Shown here piece by piece: positions 1 through 11,998 of a DNA stretch of 64,000 nt. The DNA comes from Corallochytrium limacisporum Hawaii (taxonomy: Eukaryota; Protista; Pluriformea). The stretch covers positions 59,129 through 123,128 of the forward strand of contig PDIP01000038.1 in assembly GCA_002811645.1 (NCBI GenBank), in the 5' to 3' direction. The translations under genes were made by a program, and so were the position numbers. The notes under the pieces are model-generated. The model was not told the DNA's origin and ran no database searches. It saw nothing but the letters and a program-made list of their open reading frames with translations. How positions within the stretch are numbered: position 1 is the first letter of the stretch; every line of letters starts with the position of its first letter.

Positions 1-167
1 CCCACATGGCTTTCGGGACCAGAGTTTGCATTCGTAGGAATGATATTTCCACTATTACTCTTGCTACTTGTACTACTGACGTCGAATCCCGACGAGCTAA
101 GTTCGTTCACGCCACTACCGTTTCCCCAGGGCCCGAGACCTTTACTTGGGGGTGAGCTGGTCATCAT
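1..167 (-). CDS. Probable 5' end of a gene running off the left edge (Ser/Asn/Gly-rich N-terminus, product unknown)
   Basis: The minus strand from ATG at 167 reads MMTSSPPSKGLGPWGNGSGVNELSSSGFDVSSTSSKSNSGNIIPTNANSGPESHV with no stop to the window edge. It is absent from the ORF track because it is truncated. Confidence 0.45.
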   Translation of the reverse strand, partial: MMTSSPPSKGLGPWGNGSGVNELSSSGFDVSSTSSKSNSGNIIPTNANSGPESHV

Positions 168-3100
168 CCCGATGTGGATCAGGCGTATGAAAACTCTTTA
201 AATTTAAGTATGAGGAAGTCTCACTATAAGGTTTTGGTCACAAAGGACACAGTGTCATCTATGTTTCCCAAACATGTTTCCCGTCGTGTATGATATTCTC
301 TTTCTTGCTTTCTAAACGATTGTTGGAAACCACGAAGGCTGATGTATAGCACATACAATTATCCCTGTATCGACATTTGCTACTGTTCATGACGATTGTC
401 AAATACCACGGATGGTAGATGCCGGTGTGTTTGCGTCTTCACATGCAATCCAAATGCTCAACAGCGAGTGATAGTCCTGCCGGGAACTACAAAGGATCCT
501 GAGCGCTTATCCGCCGGCGAAGCGACTGGCACGCTGCACCAGGCACCTAAGAGAGAGAGCGAGTAATTGCAGCTGTGTGTGAATAAAGAACACTCACAAG
601 GCCGCCAAACCAACCGAAACGAAATAAAGATGAGGGCCAATGTGATTGTGTGTGTTTGCAACCTGGTGGCTCGGTTGCCCCCACATGCTTGTGATTAGTT
701 GGTGTCAGGAAGGAGATGATTATATTTGGTGAATATAGACAAGGGTAGGGGGAGCCCACCAATTTTTCTCTCCCCGATTTTCCGCCCATCACAAGGGGAG
801 GAAGAAATGCAGGATAGTTGATAGCGGAGGAAGAACGGGAGGGGCAAGGGACGAAAGGGAAAAAAAAATACAAGAAGGTAAGGGGGTACGGGGTGGAGGA
901 AGACGGGGACCAACACACTTCCACTCCTTTTGTTCCTTATGTTGGTACTAAGACGTGGGGAGAGGGGGGCAAGGGGGTGTGGGTGATTCTTTCTCAGAAC
1001 AAAGTATTGCCTGATTCCGGCCCTCGCTTTCCATTTGGTCCCCGCTGATGATTTACGCCGGGGGGGAAAACGGAAGGGAGGGGCTGAAATAGAAAAGATT
1101 TTCTAAAGATAGGACCATACATTTAGTATAGGAATGGACGAACGGAGAATTGGGCAGCGGGAAGGAGGAACCGACGAGAGAAAAGATTTTTCTCAGTATT
1201 TTCTGACCCTTTCCCCCTCCTCCCTTGGCCATGAAAGGAGCAGCACCTGTGTGACAAAAATGAACCGACGCGTTGCATGTCCGGTACATTGTGTTCCGAT
1301 TTGTGCAGCAAACTTTCTTTTTCTGGGTTGCCCGGACCTGAACATGCGGCCGATCCGCACAGGTCCTGCGGAGAAGTGAAATTTGGAAATGGACTGCATG
1401 TGGAAAATGGCGGGCTCTGCCATTGCTAGTTGGTAAAATCCAATAGAATACTTGGGAAACGAAATTTTTTACAACATCGTGCACGCATAAATTCTGACAG
1501 AGAGCGTAACACGGAAGAAAGTGACCTGTTGCGGTGTGTGCTTCTGTGTGTGCGGTTCCCTGCCGTCCTGTCCGTGAGTGTGTACGGGCTGCAAGAAAGG
1601 AACTTTTATGGGCGGGTGGCGGCCATCTGCCTGCGCTCAAAGACGGACGGCGACCCGTGGCCTGAGATTGTTTGCGAGCGTGCGAGAGCCCCGTCTCTGA
1701 TGGCAAGACGCTTTTTTGAGACAACATCCTATACTCAGTATTTGCCCTGGATGGACAAAAAAATCCATCAGTATTTAAAAGGTAGCAGCAAAACATGGCG
1801 CGTACGTTCGACAGACAATCCCCTGACCTCCGTTGCCGTTGTGTGTGTGTGTGGTTGTGCGTGCGAGTGATCGTAAATCATTGATTATTCTCCCAGGTAT
1901 ATTACCTATCAATAAAGAAGAGAAAAAAAAAGAGTGGGCAAGAAAAACTTGGTGCAGAGGGTCCGTCCACTGCTCCTTGCCGTGTCCGACGGCTTCGGTT
2001 GAGTAACTGAGTGATACCCCGTGTCTCTCGGTAATTACCTCACTGATACTTAATTTGCCCACAGCAACTGGTCCTTGACTATGTGCTGAGAAAGTGTTCA
2101 CCACTTTGGTTTCTCGAATTCTGTACTCATCCGCGGATGGGCAGAGAGAAAAAAATCCGAAGCGGAGGCACTCCGGTTATGGAACAAGCCTTCGGTCGAT
2201 GCCTGAACACTGTTCTGTGATTGGTGGGGGCGGGTTCGAGAGGCCGGTGGCGGAGCGTGTATGACTAGCAAATCAGTACTTTCAGTATGGCGCCCACCGC
2301 AGAGCACGCCGCCCAAGCGGGTGGCGTATCCGTGGCTCTTAACGGTAAGAGAAGGAAAGGAACGAAGATTCCAAGAGTGCGCACCAGATGGGAAATCCCC
2401 CAATACATTCATCATGTAGTTTAGGCCAACTTTGGTCACCAAACACCGCGGAAGGCGGGGTACTGTTGTAGACATAGCTTGTAATTTGCAGAAACAGGGC
2501 AAGCCCTACCCAGGCAATTGACCTATTAAAGGCCAAATGGGCTGCCAGGTCGGGGGTGTTCAGTTTGAAATGAACAGCAATTGAGCCAAAAAGTACTGCA
2601 GTACTGACGGTGGGGAAGGGACAGGACCTCCTGTGGGTTTGAGAAGGGGTGCATTTTGCCAGTTTGTATTGCTGGTGGATGGCCGCATTCTGGAATAACG
2701 CATCCGTCATTAAAACTGTCTTCCCCACCGAGGGACTCCTTCGCCGTTGTCGTACGTAATGTATTGATTTGTGTGAAATGTGTTTCGGCCATGCTCCGCA
2801 ATGCAATCCCTTTGTGGCAACCGAGCGGTCCCTCGCGAGACTCTGAATCGCTTTCTGTTTAATCTCAGACAACTTTGGAGCGGCGCGAAATCGATATTAA
2901 ATGTGTTGCATTTTTTAATTGAGGGGGACAACCAGAACACGTTGTGAGACAAGGAAAGCGGAGAGACCGACAAGAGGTACTCCGCTCTGCCCGTCCCGCT
3001 CTCCGACGACTCTCGCTTTCTTTCCGTATCATTGCAAAGAGCAAACCCAAGCCTCATCAAATCTCAATAGATTAAGTATGTGATATCAACAACAAAGCAC

Positions 3101-6100
3101 CGGAGTAAAATTGAATCTGGTCGATGATACCACCACCAGCACCACAGCATTGCCACCCGGGCGAATCCCCTGCGTTCCTTGACATCCTCGTCCGGGCGCG
3201 GGCGCGATAAACGGTTGCTGACTGCTCCGATCCTGTACACAGGCAGAGGCCCTTGTCCATAATGAATGTATAGGCATTTATTCATTGTTGTGGCTCTGTC
3301 CCAATTTTGTTTACAATCCATGTGCTGCGTACCGGGATGAGCCTGATTGTCACCTGGTGCATCGAAGTTTTCGTACTACCGAAGAACAGCAGCAAATCGT
3401 CATACAATCACTATAGATCGAAAATTTCCTGGAACGGAGCGGGCTGAGTCAGCCCCCAAGGGTGACCGGTGTGTACAATGACAACCCAAAAGGCTTAAAA
3501 CACTGAGGCCGAAACGGAAAACATTGTGACTTGAGCCATCCATGCATCAAGTGGTTCCTGTTTTTTTGTTGAGAGCATTCACTCTAATCGAGCGATCAGC
3601 TCTACTGAACAATAGCAAGAACGTCGCGGCTTTTTGCAGGCGTGTGATGAAATGTGCTTCACGGACAACTGATTGACGGAAAACTGATACAATCAAAATG
3701 ACAGGCGAAGTGGCATTTGTGTCGCTGGACCCCCTGCCCCAAAGTTTTGACACATCTCCACTTGTGATGTTCCAAAGTACGTATATTAAAGATACCCAAT
3801 AGTATTGACATTCGGTCGGTAATACTGGAAGAATTCAGAAGTGATTGCTCTCGCAATCAGAACCCATCGGTTCTCGTCGGCTCATATCCCCATATGGCAG
3901 AAGGGGACCTGTCATCACCAGGCACGTGAAGGGCACTTGCGGATCGTGTCTAATTTCCATAGTGTATGTATTGAGTCTGTGGTGTTCCTTCGACGCTGTC
4001 CGTCTTCACATGTCCGTCAAGAGCCGACCGCTGTCGCGCGTCTTGGTGTTCTGCGCCCCCACTCGCCCTGACTCGAATTGATTTGTTTTGTGGTAGATAG
4101 CCATTGAGCAATATTTGTTTCAACTTTCATAAATAGATTAGAGATAAGAACCGCACGTCAGATATGATCGTCCGTAGGAAGGTACGTATACTGCTGTTTT
4201 GATGTGTGGGTTCGCAGCTGGGGTGCGCGGTGGAGAAATTGTTTTCGTTTGGGACTGTCGCCCTCCCCCTCCGCAATGGCATCGAGACCTCCACACCGGC
4301 ATCAAGGCTTTCCAATTAATACATAGACTATGCTAGATTTGTTTGTTGCCCTTCGGTCCGACTTCAATGCGGCATCTCTGCAACATGTACGAAAAATAGA
4401 GAGAAAATTCTAGTCGCCCCCGTCTCGTTTTCCAACACGGGTTGACCATCCACCTTGGAGTTCATTCAGTTCGTATGGCAACGCACCCGTCTCTTGTTCC
4501 TTACCGATCGAGAGTTAAATCTTTGTATCGCAGCACGTTGTTCTCCATTTCTTTTTCAGGCAGCAGGTGTTCCCTCTTTTTCTTCCAGCTGTCGATGGTT
4601 TGAGGAACTCAATAATAGCACAGTCATATGGAGTACGACACCGCTCACGCGTTGTTATCACCCACGCCGAGAAGATACAGGAGAGGGTTGTCCGGGGAGA
4701 TCGCGAAAATTTCCAGCAGCAGATTCACTTTTTTCCCGCGTGTGTGCGAATGTCTGGTTTGGCTTCTTACGTATGGTAAATATACTGACAAAAACTTGAG
4801 GTTTTGTTAGAGCACACAACCTTGGCACGCAGTTGTAGCAAACTTGCTGCGTTTGTCCGCGACTAGATTTGCCTCTTTTGTTTTTCATCCAATCTTTTTC
4901 TGTTGTGTTTAACATCAATACGAACGCTATTTCAAGGGAATAGAGGTACAAAAGGGGCTGTTGTGAGACAAAATGGATGGGCAGACAAGATTGGGTGGGG
5001 AGTACGGCCCACCCTTGCAAGCGCGTGTGAGTTCTTTCAGCCTCCGTCTGGGCTTTCTTTTTTTTTTTTTTCTTTTTGGAGTACAGTGTCAGTATTGATC
5101 GAATTCACTGTTAGCATGCGCCGTGGCGTTGCCGCAACTGAGTCCATGTGCTGGATCCGCATGCCCGGCTCCTATGCCTGCTCCGGCTCTAACGATGAAT
5201 TAGAAGTTATCCGCAATATGTGGTGACTTTCTATACATTTTATATTAAGTCTGCGGGGCCATTCATTGTCCTTATTTCTGTCTTTCGTAATTTTCTCGTT
5301 CCTCCAAAAAGATCTCTTACTGTTCTCGACGTTTCACTGTGTGTTTTTTTGGTATAACAAAAAGCAAGTGGATCTATTGATCTTTTCGCGCCCTGCAGAG
5401 TCCAAGTTTCGCGCCTTGGGGAATACAATGAACAACGACTCTTACAGCGGATGTTCTGAATGTAGGGAACGTAGCGATGGTGCCAGCAAAGCGGTTAGAC
5501 GGGTCAGAACCAATTCTTTACCGCGGCCATATAGTCAGTGGTATCTGTCTGTGGTGCTGCCAGTCTCTAGCTCTCAGGGTAAGAACGGTAGTGCACTCTC
5601 TGCTCACCCTAAGATTGTTGAAAAACCCAAACAAAAAACTTTGCGATTGGTGAATGGGGCTGGCGTATTGTGCGCATAGTTCTGCAGCCAAGCCATTCGG
5701 CTGTCCTTTCTTGTTGGATCCCCCCCCGCCGGGTGTGAAATTAGGCCCCGAAATATGTAAGATCGGATGCACCGCGGTCTGTTTATGGCGCGATCGGTTG
5801 CTCTCGGCGACTGCTCAATGATACCCTGTTCAACAATCTGTGGCTAAACAAAAGCAGCTGACCAACCTGCATATGATCATTGGTTTCCTCAACGGTAGAG
5901 CGATCGGATACCGCATTCCCAAGAGCTAAACACACAATCCTCTTTTTCATTGTTGATGAAGCGTAAATTAGGGACATGCTAGCACTCTAACCGGTTGTCA
6001 TCAAAATTCAGCTGCAATGGGTATTGAGTGACATGTTGGATGCTGTGGGTACTGAATTACATACCACATCTGCCTACCCGGAGGCCTGCCATGGTCTTCT

Positions 6101-6615
6101 CGCCTACGCAGTTGGCCATATAAATCAACTGATAACCTAACCCGTCTGGTCCTAGTCCTTTGATTTGAATTAAGAGCAGCCATAAATTGGGGGAACGAAC
6201 AAGGCGGTGGACAGGTCTTTCTATAGTGAATGTACTCTGTGACATACATAGAAGGTGTGCAGGTTATTTGCAGTGGTACATTCACTGAAGTGGGGGATTG
6301 CGGTCCGGACGGGTGCTGAATGCGGGTTGGTTGGAAATCCAATTTAAGCGCTCAACTGCGTACACGAACTAGGCCGTCCACACCTGGCGCTGACGCTGCT
6401 GCTGCTGTTGTCACTACTGTCACGGATGCTGATCCTTGTTTTCTGTACAAGACCGATGGCCCAACATGCCCTACTATTTCATCTATTTCAGGACATGCCT
6501 GCCTGGACGGACGCGTGTGTCTATTACATCTCTCCAATGATCACAAAGGACTCTGTTGGGCGTGTACGGCACATTTGGATAGCTGCAGTCTTCCTTTGTG
6601 GCCGCCTACGCCAAA

Positions 6616-7719
6616 ATGGCAGACGAAACCTCTGGCTTCAGTAAGATTAGGGCTGGCATATACCAGCTGGCGGTCAATAACCCGGGTACATGGGCCATCG
6701 CTTGGGCGCTCCGCCAGATCAGCAGGCCGTTCACATACACCAAGGATCAGGCTGTCACGATAGGCAAGGAAGCAGCAGAGAGGGCGGGTGAGGCTGCAGC
6801 TGTTCTTCAGGCAATTACGATCCGCGTGATTATCGCGCTTTTCCTGGGTAGTATCTTGCTAGGCACAGCATTCTTCAATTACTTGGTGGTCTACTACTTG
6901 CTAATCCCGCAGGTGTCGCACCAGTACCCGATATACTTTGACTATGACCACGAAGGGTACGACCCCCCGAAGCCCACGGCTTTCCTTAAGATTGGCGATG
7001 GCTACCGGACGTTCAGTGCTTACCACATTTACGATGTGACGGTAGCCCTGGACATGCCAGAGACACCTTCCAATAGAGACTACGGGAACTTTATGATTGT
7101 CCTGACTCTGTACGATGATGCCAACAACATCGTTGCAATCAGCAAACGTCCGGCCATCATCCATTACTACTCAATACCCGTACGGTTATCAGCCATGTTC
7201 AGTGCAATGCCAGCATATATAACGGGATTTTTAGATCAACGACAGCTACTACAGATCCAGATGATGGAAGGATTTCAGGACTACCGCACCGTCACTACGG
7301 CATTTTCCGTGAGCCTGAGTAGTCAAGACATTCATACGTACTCAGCGATGCTGTCTTTTGATGTTCGCTTTAGTGGTATTCGTTACTATATGTATTGGTG
7401 GCCTATTACGTCTGCTATTATCGGTACGTCCATCATCTACGTCACGCTCAGTATGGCCCTTTGGATTGGCTACCTAAACATTTCACAGAACTTAGAAGGT
7501 GACGCTGACGATGTCTACCATATGCGTGACATCTCTCCACAGCTTGGCACAAAGACAAGGATGTCTGGGTATGATCCACACGAATATGATCGACCGGGTG
7601 GTAGCACATCCAGTCCGGGCGTGGAGGATGTGTTCACGTCCGGAAGAAAGCAAGAGGATACATCTTTCTTGCGGCAGCGGGCCGTGAAAAAGGAAGAAGA
7701 CGACGATGACGATGAGTAG
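6616..7719 (+). CDS. BSCL2: Seipin (lipid droplet biogenesis protein, BSCL2/Fld1 family)
   Basis: Two hydrophobic segments flank a lumenal domain containing YDVTVALDMPETPSNRDYGNFMI and FSGIRYYMYWWPITSAIIG, matching the seipin PESPxN and GLRYxxYxxP motifs. Start moved from the GTG at 6598 to the ATG at 6616 (context AAAATGG). Confidence 0.9.
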   Translation: MADETSGFSKIRAGIYQLAVNNPGTWAIAWALRQISRPFTYTKDQAVTIGKEAAERAGEAAAVLQAITIRVIIALFLGSILLGTAFFNYLVVYYLLIPQVSHQYPIYFDYDHEGYDPPKPTAFLKIGDGYRTFSAYHIYDVTVALDMPETPSNRDYGNFMIVLTLYDDANNIVAISKRPAIIHYYSIPVRLSAMFSAMPAYITGFLDQRQLLQIQMMEGFQDYRTVTTAFSVSLSSQDIHTYSAMLSFDVRFSGIRYYMYWWPITSAIIGTSIIYVTLSMALWIGYLNISQNLEGDADDVYHMRDISPQLGTKTRMSGYDPHEYDRPGGSTSSPGVEDVFTSGRKQEDTSFLRQRAVKKEEDDDDDE

Positions 7720-9312
7720 ATCACACCCATATCATAAACCATAGTTAAGGAATCAGTAGGTTTGGTCTTGATGCATGGGATATCACACAAATGGGTGCAC
7801 AGCATCGACGCTTGGACGGTTAGCCGCCGCTCTCATCTCCCGGGAGGAAATATTAAAAATGAGGGGGTCAGTTAAATTACGCCGAGCGGTAGTCTCTACT
7901 ACCTTTTGGCTCCCACATTCGTATGTTTGGGCCGGAGTCCTCCAGTAACTTAACACTACTCTCCGTAGGCCCTGTAGTCGCCACCAAAGATATGGGAAAT
8001 GGTGTGCGAACGCCGGCACAACAGACCTTGCTTCGCCTGCACACCGACGAGTTTAGCCGAATACTGAAGCTGACACCAATCGTGAAAATTGCTTTCTCCG
8101 TGCACAATGCGAATCGACAACTTGCCAGAAAAGTGTATCCTTGCTGCCCCATGTGCAATGCACTTTGCTCTGATATGTGAATGTCTGTCGGAGATGAGTC
8201 CATCGCTCATATTTGCATACATGGCCCATTACATACGCTTACGTTAGCCGCAGCAATGGTTTGATGGTGATGGATGTCTCACTGGCTCTGATTGTCAGAG
8301 ATGGTTTGCACAAAGAGTTGGTTTCTTCCCCGTCTACTGTGCCGGGACCGGGGAATACCGAAGCCAAAGGCTTCGCACGTGGTTGACAGTGACGGGTGAG
8401 ACACGTACCCCACTGTGTCCTCTGCCTGTGTGGTGCACCGCAGCTGGCTTTCGATTGGGGCCCCAGAGAACCAAAATTGGACCCCCACGGCCGTTGTCAT
8501 TTCCTTCTCTGCAGTCAGTAGTGAAAGTATGAAAATCAACGGGTGAGAAAAAACACACACAACAGTCACCTTTTCCGAAGGAACTTCTTTGGATTTGTTG
8601 GGCCGTTTCCATATGCTTTCGAGGTGTCCCAGTCACTGGTGTACACATGACGGCCGTTTGGTGGTTTGCTTCTTGCTCCTATGCTCTGGCTATGACTTGA
8701 GAATTTCAAAACAACACACACTCTCTCACCGGCGGGCTGTGAGTGGCTTTTGGTGGATTTCCTCCAACACGCCAAAATATGCTCGATAGACACAGGCCAT
8801 GACTTAGATATAGGACGTTCCAGGTCCGAAGTCAAACACCAAATGATCGTTCAATTGTCAACAGAACCCTATCAATTCATTAGAGACTACTTGCATAGCG
8901 GTTCAAGAAAGCATTCTGGAACACAAAAGGAAGCAGTGCACACGACACCACGCACAGCAGCAGCGTAGCGGACGGAGCAATATACCTCCCAAGTCGCCCC
9001 TTCTCCAACAGGGGCCTTCCTGGACCCCGCGAATCGAAAGTGGTCCCGATGGCCACCTTTTGGGGACTTCATGAACTGAAAACCGCGCATTTTTGTCTCA
9101 TCTTTCGTGTAAGTGGCCTGTTAACATTATCATTCCAAACGGGGACAGTTTTGCTTGTTATGTTGCCTGCGCGACTCAGGTCGACGCAGGAGTTCCTCTG
9201 TGTGCGACGAATACATTGTGGATACTATTTAACAGTTTGGATCCGAGGGACAAATTCTCGCCATAAGGCGTTTGTGCTTAATCTTATTTTGTACGAAAGT
9301 AAGTAGTTCAAA

Positions 9313-9780
9313 ATGGCTGACGAGGAAGTAGACTTCAACCAGGGTGATGCCGGTGCAGCCCTCACCATCCCCATGCAGTGCTCTGCTCTGCGTAAGGGTG
9401 GCCATGTTGTGATTAAGGGCCGTCCCTGCAAGATTGTGGACATGTCCACCTCTAAGACTGGTAAGCACGGTCACGCTAAGGTCCATCTGGTCGGTATTGA
9501 TATCTTCACCCAGAAGAAGTACGAAGATATCTCTCCCTCTACCCATAACATGGAGGTCCCCAACATCAAGCGCAATGACCTGCAGCTGATCGATATCCAG
9601 GACGATTTCCTGACCCTCATGCTGGACTCTGGTGAGACCAAGGAGGATCTGCGCCTGCCCGACGGTGAACTTGGTGATGAGATCAAGGCCAAGTACGACG
9701 AGGGTGAGGATATCCTCATTTCCGTTGTCGGTGCCATGGGTGAGGAGCACGCTCTGGGCTGGAAGTCTATGCCCAAATAA
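9313..9780 (+). CDS. EIF5A: Translation factor eIF5A
   Basis: 155 aa with the hypusination motif [12 protein letters not shown], the segment [24 protein letters not shown], strongly biased codon usage, and start context AAAATGG. Confidence 0.99.
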   Translation: MADEEVDFNQGDAGAALTIPMQCSALRKGGHVVIKGRPCKIVDMSTSKTGKHGHAKVHLVGIDIFTQKKYEDISPSTHNMEVPNIKRNDLQLIDIQDDFLTLMLDSGETKEDLRLPDGELGDEIKAKYDEGEDILISVVGAMGEEHALGWKSMPK

Positions 9781-10128
9781 ATGCACCCAACCGCATTTGA
9801 GTGCTAGGGCTTGTTCATTTGGTTTCGTCAGCGGGGGTAAATGAGGCACGCACTATTGCCTCTTTAATGTTTATATATTATCTTGGTCCTTGAAGGGGCA
9901 ATTTACGCGAAGATATCTCGTTTGCCGCCTTCTAATCGCTTTGTCGGATCTATTTGATAGTACGGCCCACAGTTCATTGGTGTTTTCTGGGACCACTGCC
10001 CCGCGCAATGAACTAAGAGTCATCGCATTAAAGTTAAAATGATCAAACCCAACACATAATCCTTTCTGTCCTCCGTGTCTTTTTCATATTTGTTGTTTTC
10101 TTTGTCTATTGTACATAGTGAACAAGTC

Positions 10129-10988
10129 CTACTTTGTCTTCACAGGTGTCCTCCATGAACCTCCGGAAGAAACAGTGGACAACTGCTTGAGTCTTCTTTT
10201 GGTTTGTTGAGCAGATGCCGTCCGAACAATGCACATGATGATTGACCTGCATATCGTCATGTAGTCTTCCCATTCATCTTGTGTAAGCTGGCGTTCACCA
10301 TATACTGCCGCCTCGTACACATCCACAGCACGGCGCACTGCGAACTCGACGATACCCAGATCAGGCCTCTCCTGTAGGACTTCATGAAACCATGATCGGA
10401 TGCTCTGCTTTGGAGTTCTCTGCAGCTGTGGATACTCTCGGATCACAGTCTGCTCCACAGTTGCCATAGCTTTCATAACTCTCCGCCTGAAATGATGGTC
10501 TGACAGTGGACCATCTGGAAGTGTAAGAAAAGTACAATGAATAAATTTGTAGGTTAACTTTCCAATTCCGTTAATGAGATCATTTCTCACGATAACTCAA
10601 ACTATCCGTATCATAACTTACCTTGCGAACCCCATCCTTCCTCCTTCGCAACCTGCAAGTTTGGTGTGAGGGGAGTCTCCACAGACTGCCTCAGGTGCTC
10701 CTCAATCACCGACACAACCCTTTTTGACTTGACGTCTCGCCGCGAAACCGGTATTCGAGTTCGGAGATTCCGCCGATTCTTCGCCTTCGATAATCCACGA
10801 ATGCGTGCACCTACCCAAACCAAAATGAATATAACCTGTACGCAAAATAAAAGACAATTACCATGTTAGCTACCGCATACTTGTGACTTTCTAGCATGTT
10901 ATGATTCACCTTCAGTACCTACCGCCAATGAGAAAACGATCACAGTTGCTGTGATTAATGTGACCTGACGGTCGCTCTGGGGCGCCAT
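10129..10988 (-). CDS. Three-exon single-pass membrane protein, NICE-3/C1orf43-like (possibly also related to fungal Dlt1). Exons 10988-10923, 10835-10622, 10514-10129; 221 aa
   Basis: Joining across two GT-AG introns gives an uninterrupted 666-nt frame: MAPQSDRQVTLITATVIVFSLA|VIFILVWVGARIRG...EGWGSQ-D-GPLSDHHFRRRVMKA...SIRSW...VDVYEAAVYGERQLTQDEWEDYM. The N-terminal TM, the basic stretch and the YExAxYG motif resemble C1orf43/NICE-3. The gene model is more certain than the family call. Confidence 0.7.
10515..10621 (-). other. Spliceosomal intron 2 (107 nt, phase 1) of the NICE-3-like gene
   Basis: Donor GTAAGT, AT-rich body and pyrimidine tract ending TTCCAG; removal fuses ORF-track entries 10611-10823 and 10129-10590 in frame. 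Confidence 0.8.
10836..10922 (-). other. Spliceosomal intron 1 (87 nt, phase 0) of the NICE-3-like gene
   Basis: Donor GTAGGT, branch GCTAAC, T-rich tract and TACAG acceptor; removal joins two halves of one hydrophobic helix in frame. Confidence 0.75.
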
Positions 10989-11760
10989 TCTTAATTACTA
11001 AGTAGCTTCCAACGTTACGGCACACACATTATTCGAGCGTTCCTGGCTTACGTTCGATTGCGTCCGGGCTCATACTTGTTCCTGTCTCTCGTTTGAGCCT
11101 CTGTGGATCTGAAGATTAAAAGGCATCAGTCTATTCTTACAATTTCTCTATGTAGTACCTGTACATAACGTGTACAGCCAACTTTGAGAAGAAGTTAAAC
11201 TCCGAAACCCACGTTCAATAGAAAGACCAGAGAAACGTCATTTCAAAGGACCCGCAATCTGGTAGCAACAATGCAGTCCTATTCCGGGGGCAACCCACCC
11301 AAACCCTACCAGGGCCAATAAGCACTCCAGGCATTGTACCATTGGTATTTTTTAACTATTGCGAAGAGAGACCGGTCCGCTACTCTCCACAGCAACCCCC
11401 GCTAGCCCGGCCCTTCCTTCTTCTGCCTCCGAATGGGTTCCCCTCGTTTTCCGTCCCCGAGGCCCTCTCGACGTGTTTGGGGAGACCCGGCAAAGGTAGT
11501 CAATGTACTGGTACTGGCAGCCCCTGGGCAGCAGGGGGAGGTGCCGAACGGGCCCACCGGGACACCCCGCTCTCTCACCAGCGGGTCAACTGAACAGTTG
11601 GGAAGACAAGGCCAAAAGAGTGAACGGTTGCCCCGGGGGGGGGGGGGGAGCGCGGTCCCCGCTGCTCCGATTCAGTAACCGTATCCTTTTACTCTGAGTT
11701 CTCTTGGTACTGTTTCACAAGTAGCACCCTCGGGCGGTTCCATTGGACGATTAAGGGGGG

Positions 11761-11998
11761 NNNNNNNNNNNNNNNNNNNNNNNNNNNNNNNNNNNNNNNN
11801 NNNNNNNNNNNNNNNNNNNNNNNNNNNNNNNNNNNNNNNNNNNNNNNNNNNNNNNNNNNNNNNNNNNNNNNNNNNNNNNNNNNNNNNNNNNNNNNNNNNN
11901 NNNNNNNNNNNNNNNNNNNNNNNNNNNNNNNNNNNNNNNNNNNNNNNNNNNNNNNNNNNNNNNNNNNNNNNNNNNNNNNNNNNNNNNNNNNNNNNNNN
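11761..11998. other. Assembly gap (238 N)
   Basis: Run of N flanked by G-rich sequence. Confidence 1.

Noticed and set aside
1053-1796. 247-aa minus-strand ORF in the left intergenic region
   Set aside because: No recognisable motif; the composition resembles translated non-coding DNA, and it crosses a likely splice acceptor region.
9229-9849. 206-aa antisense ORF over eIF5A
   Set aside because: Shadow ORF caused by the strong codon bias of eIF5A.
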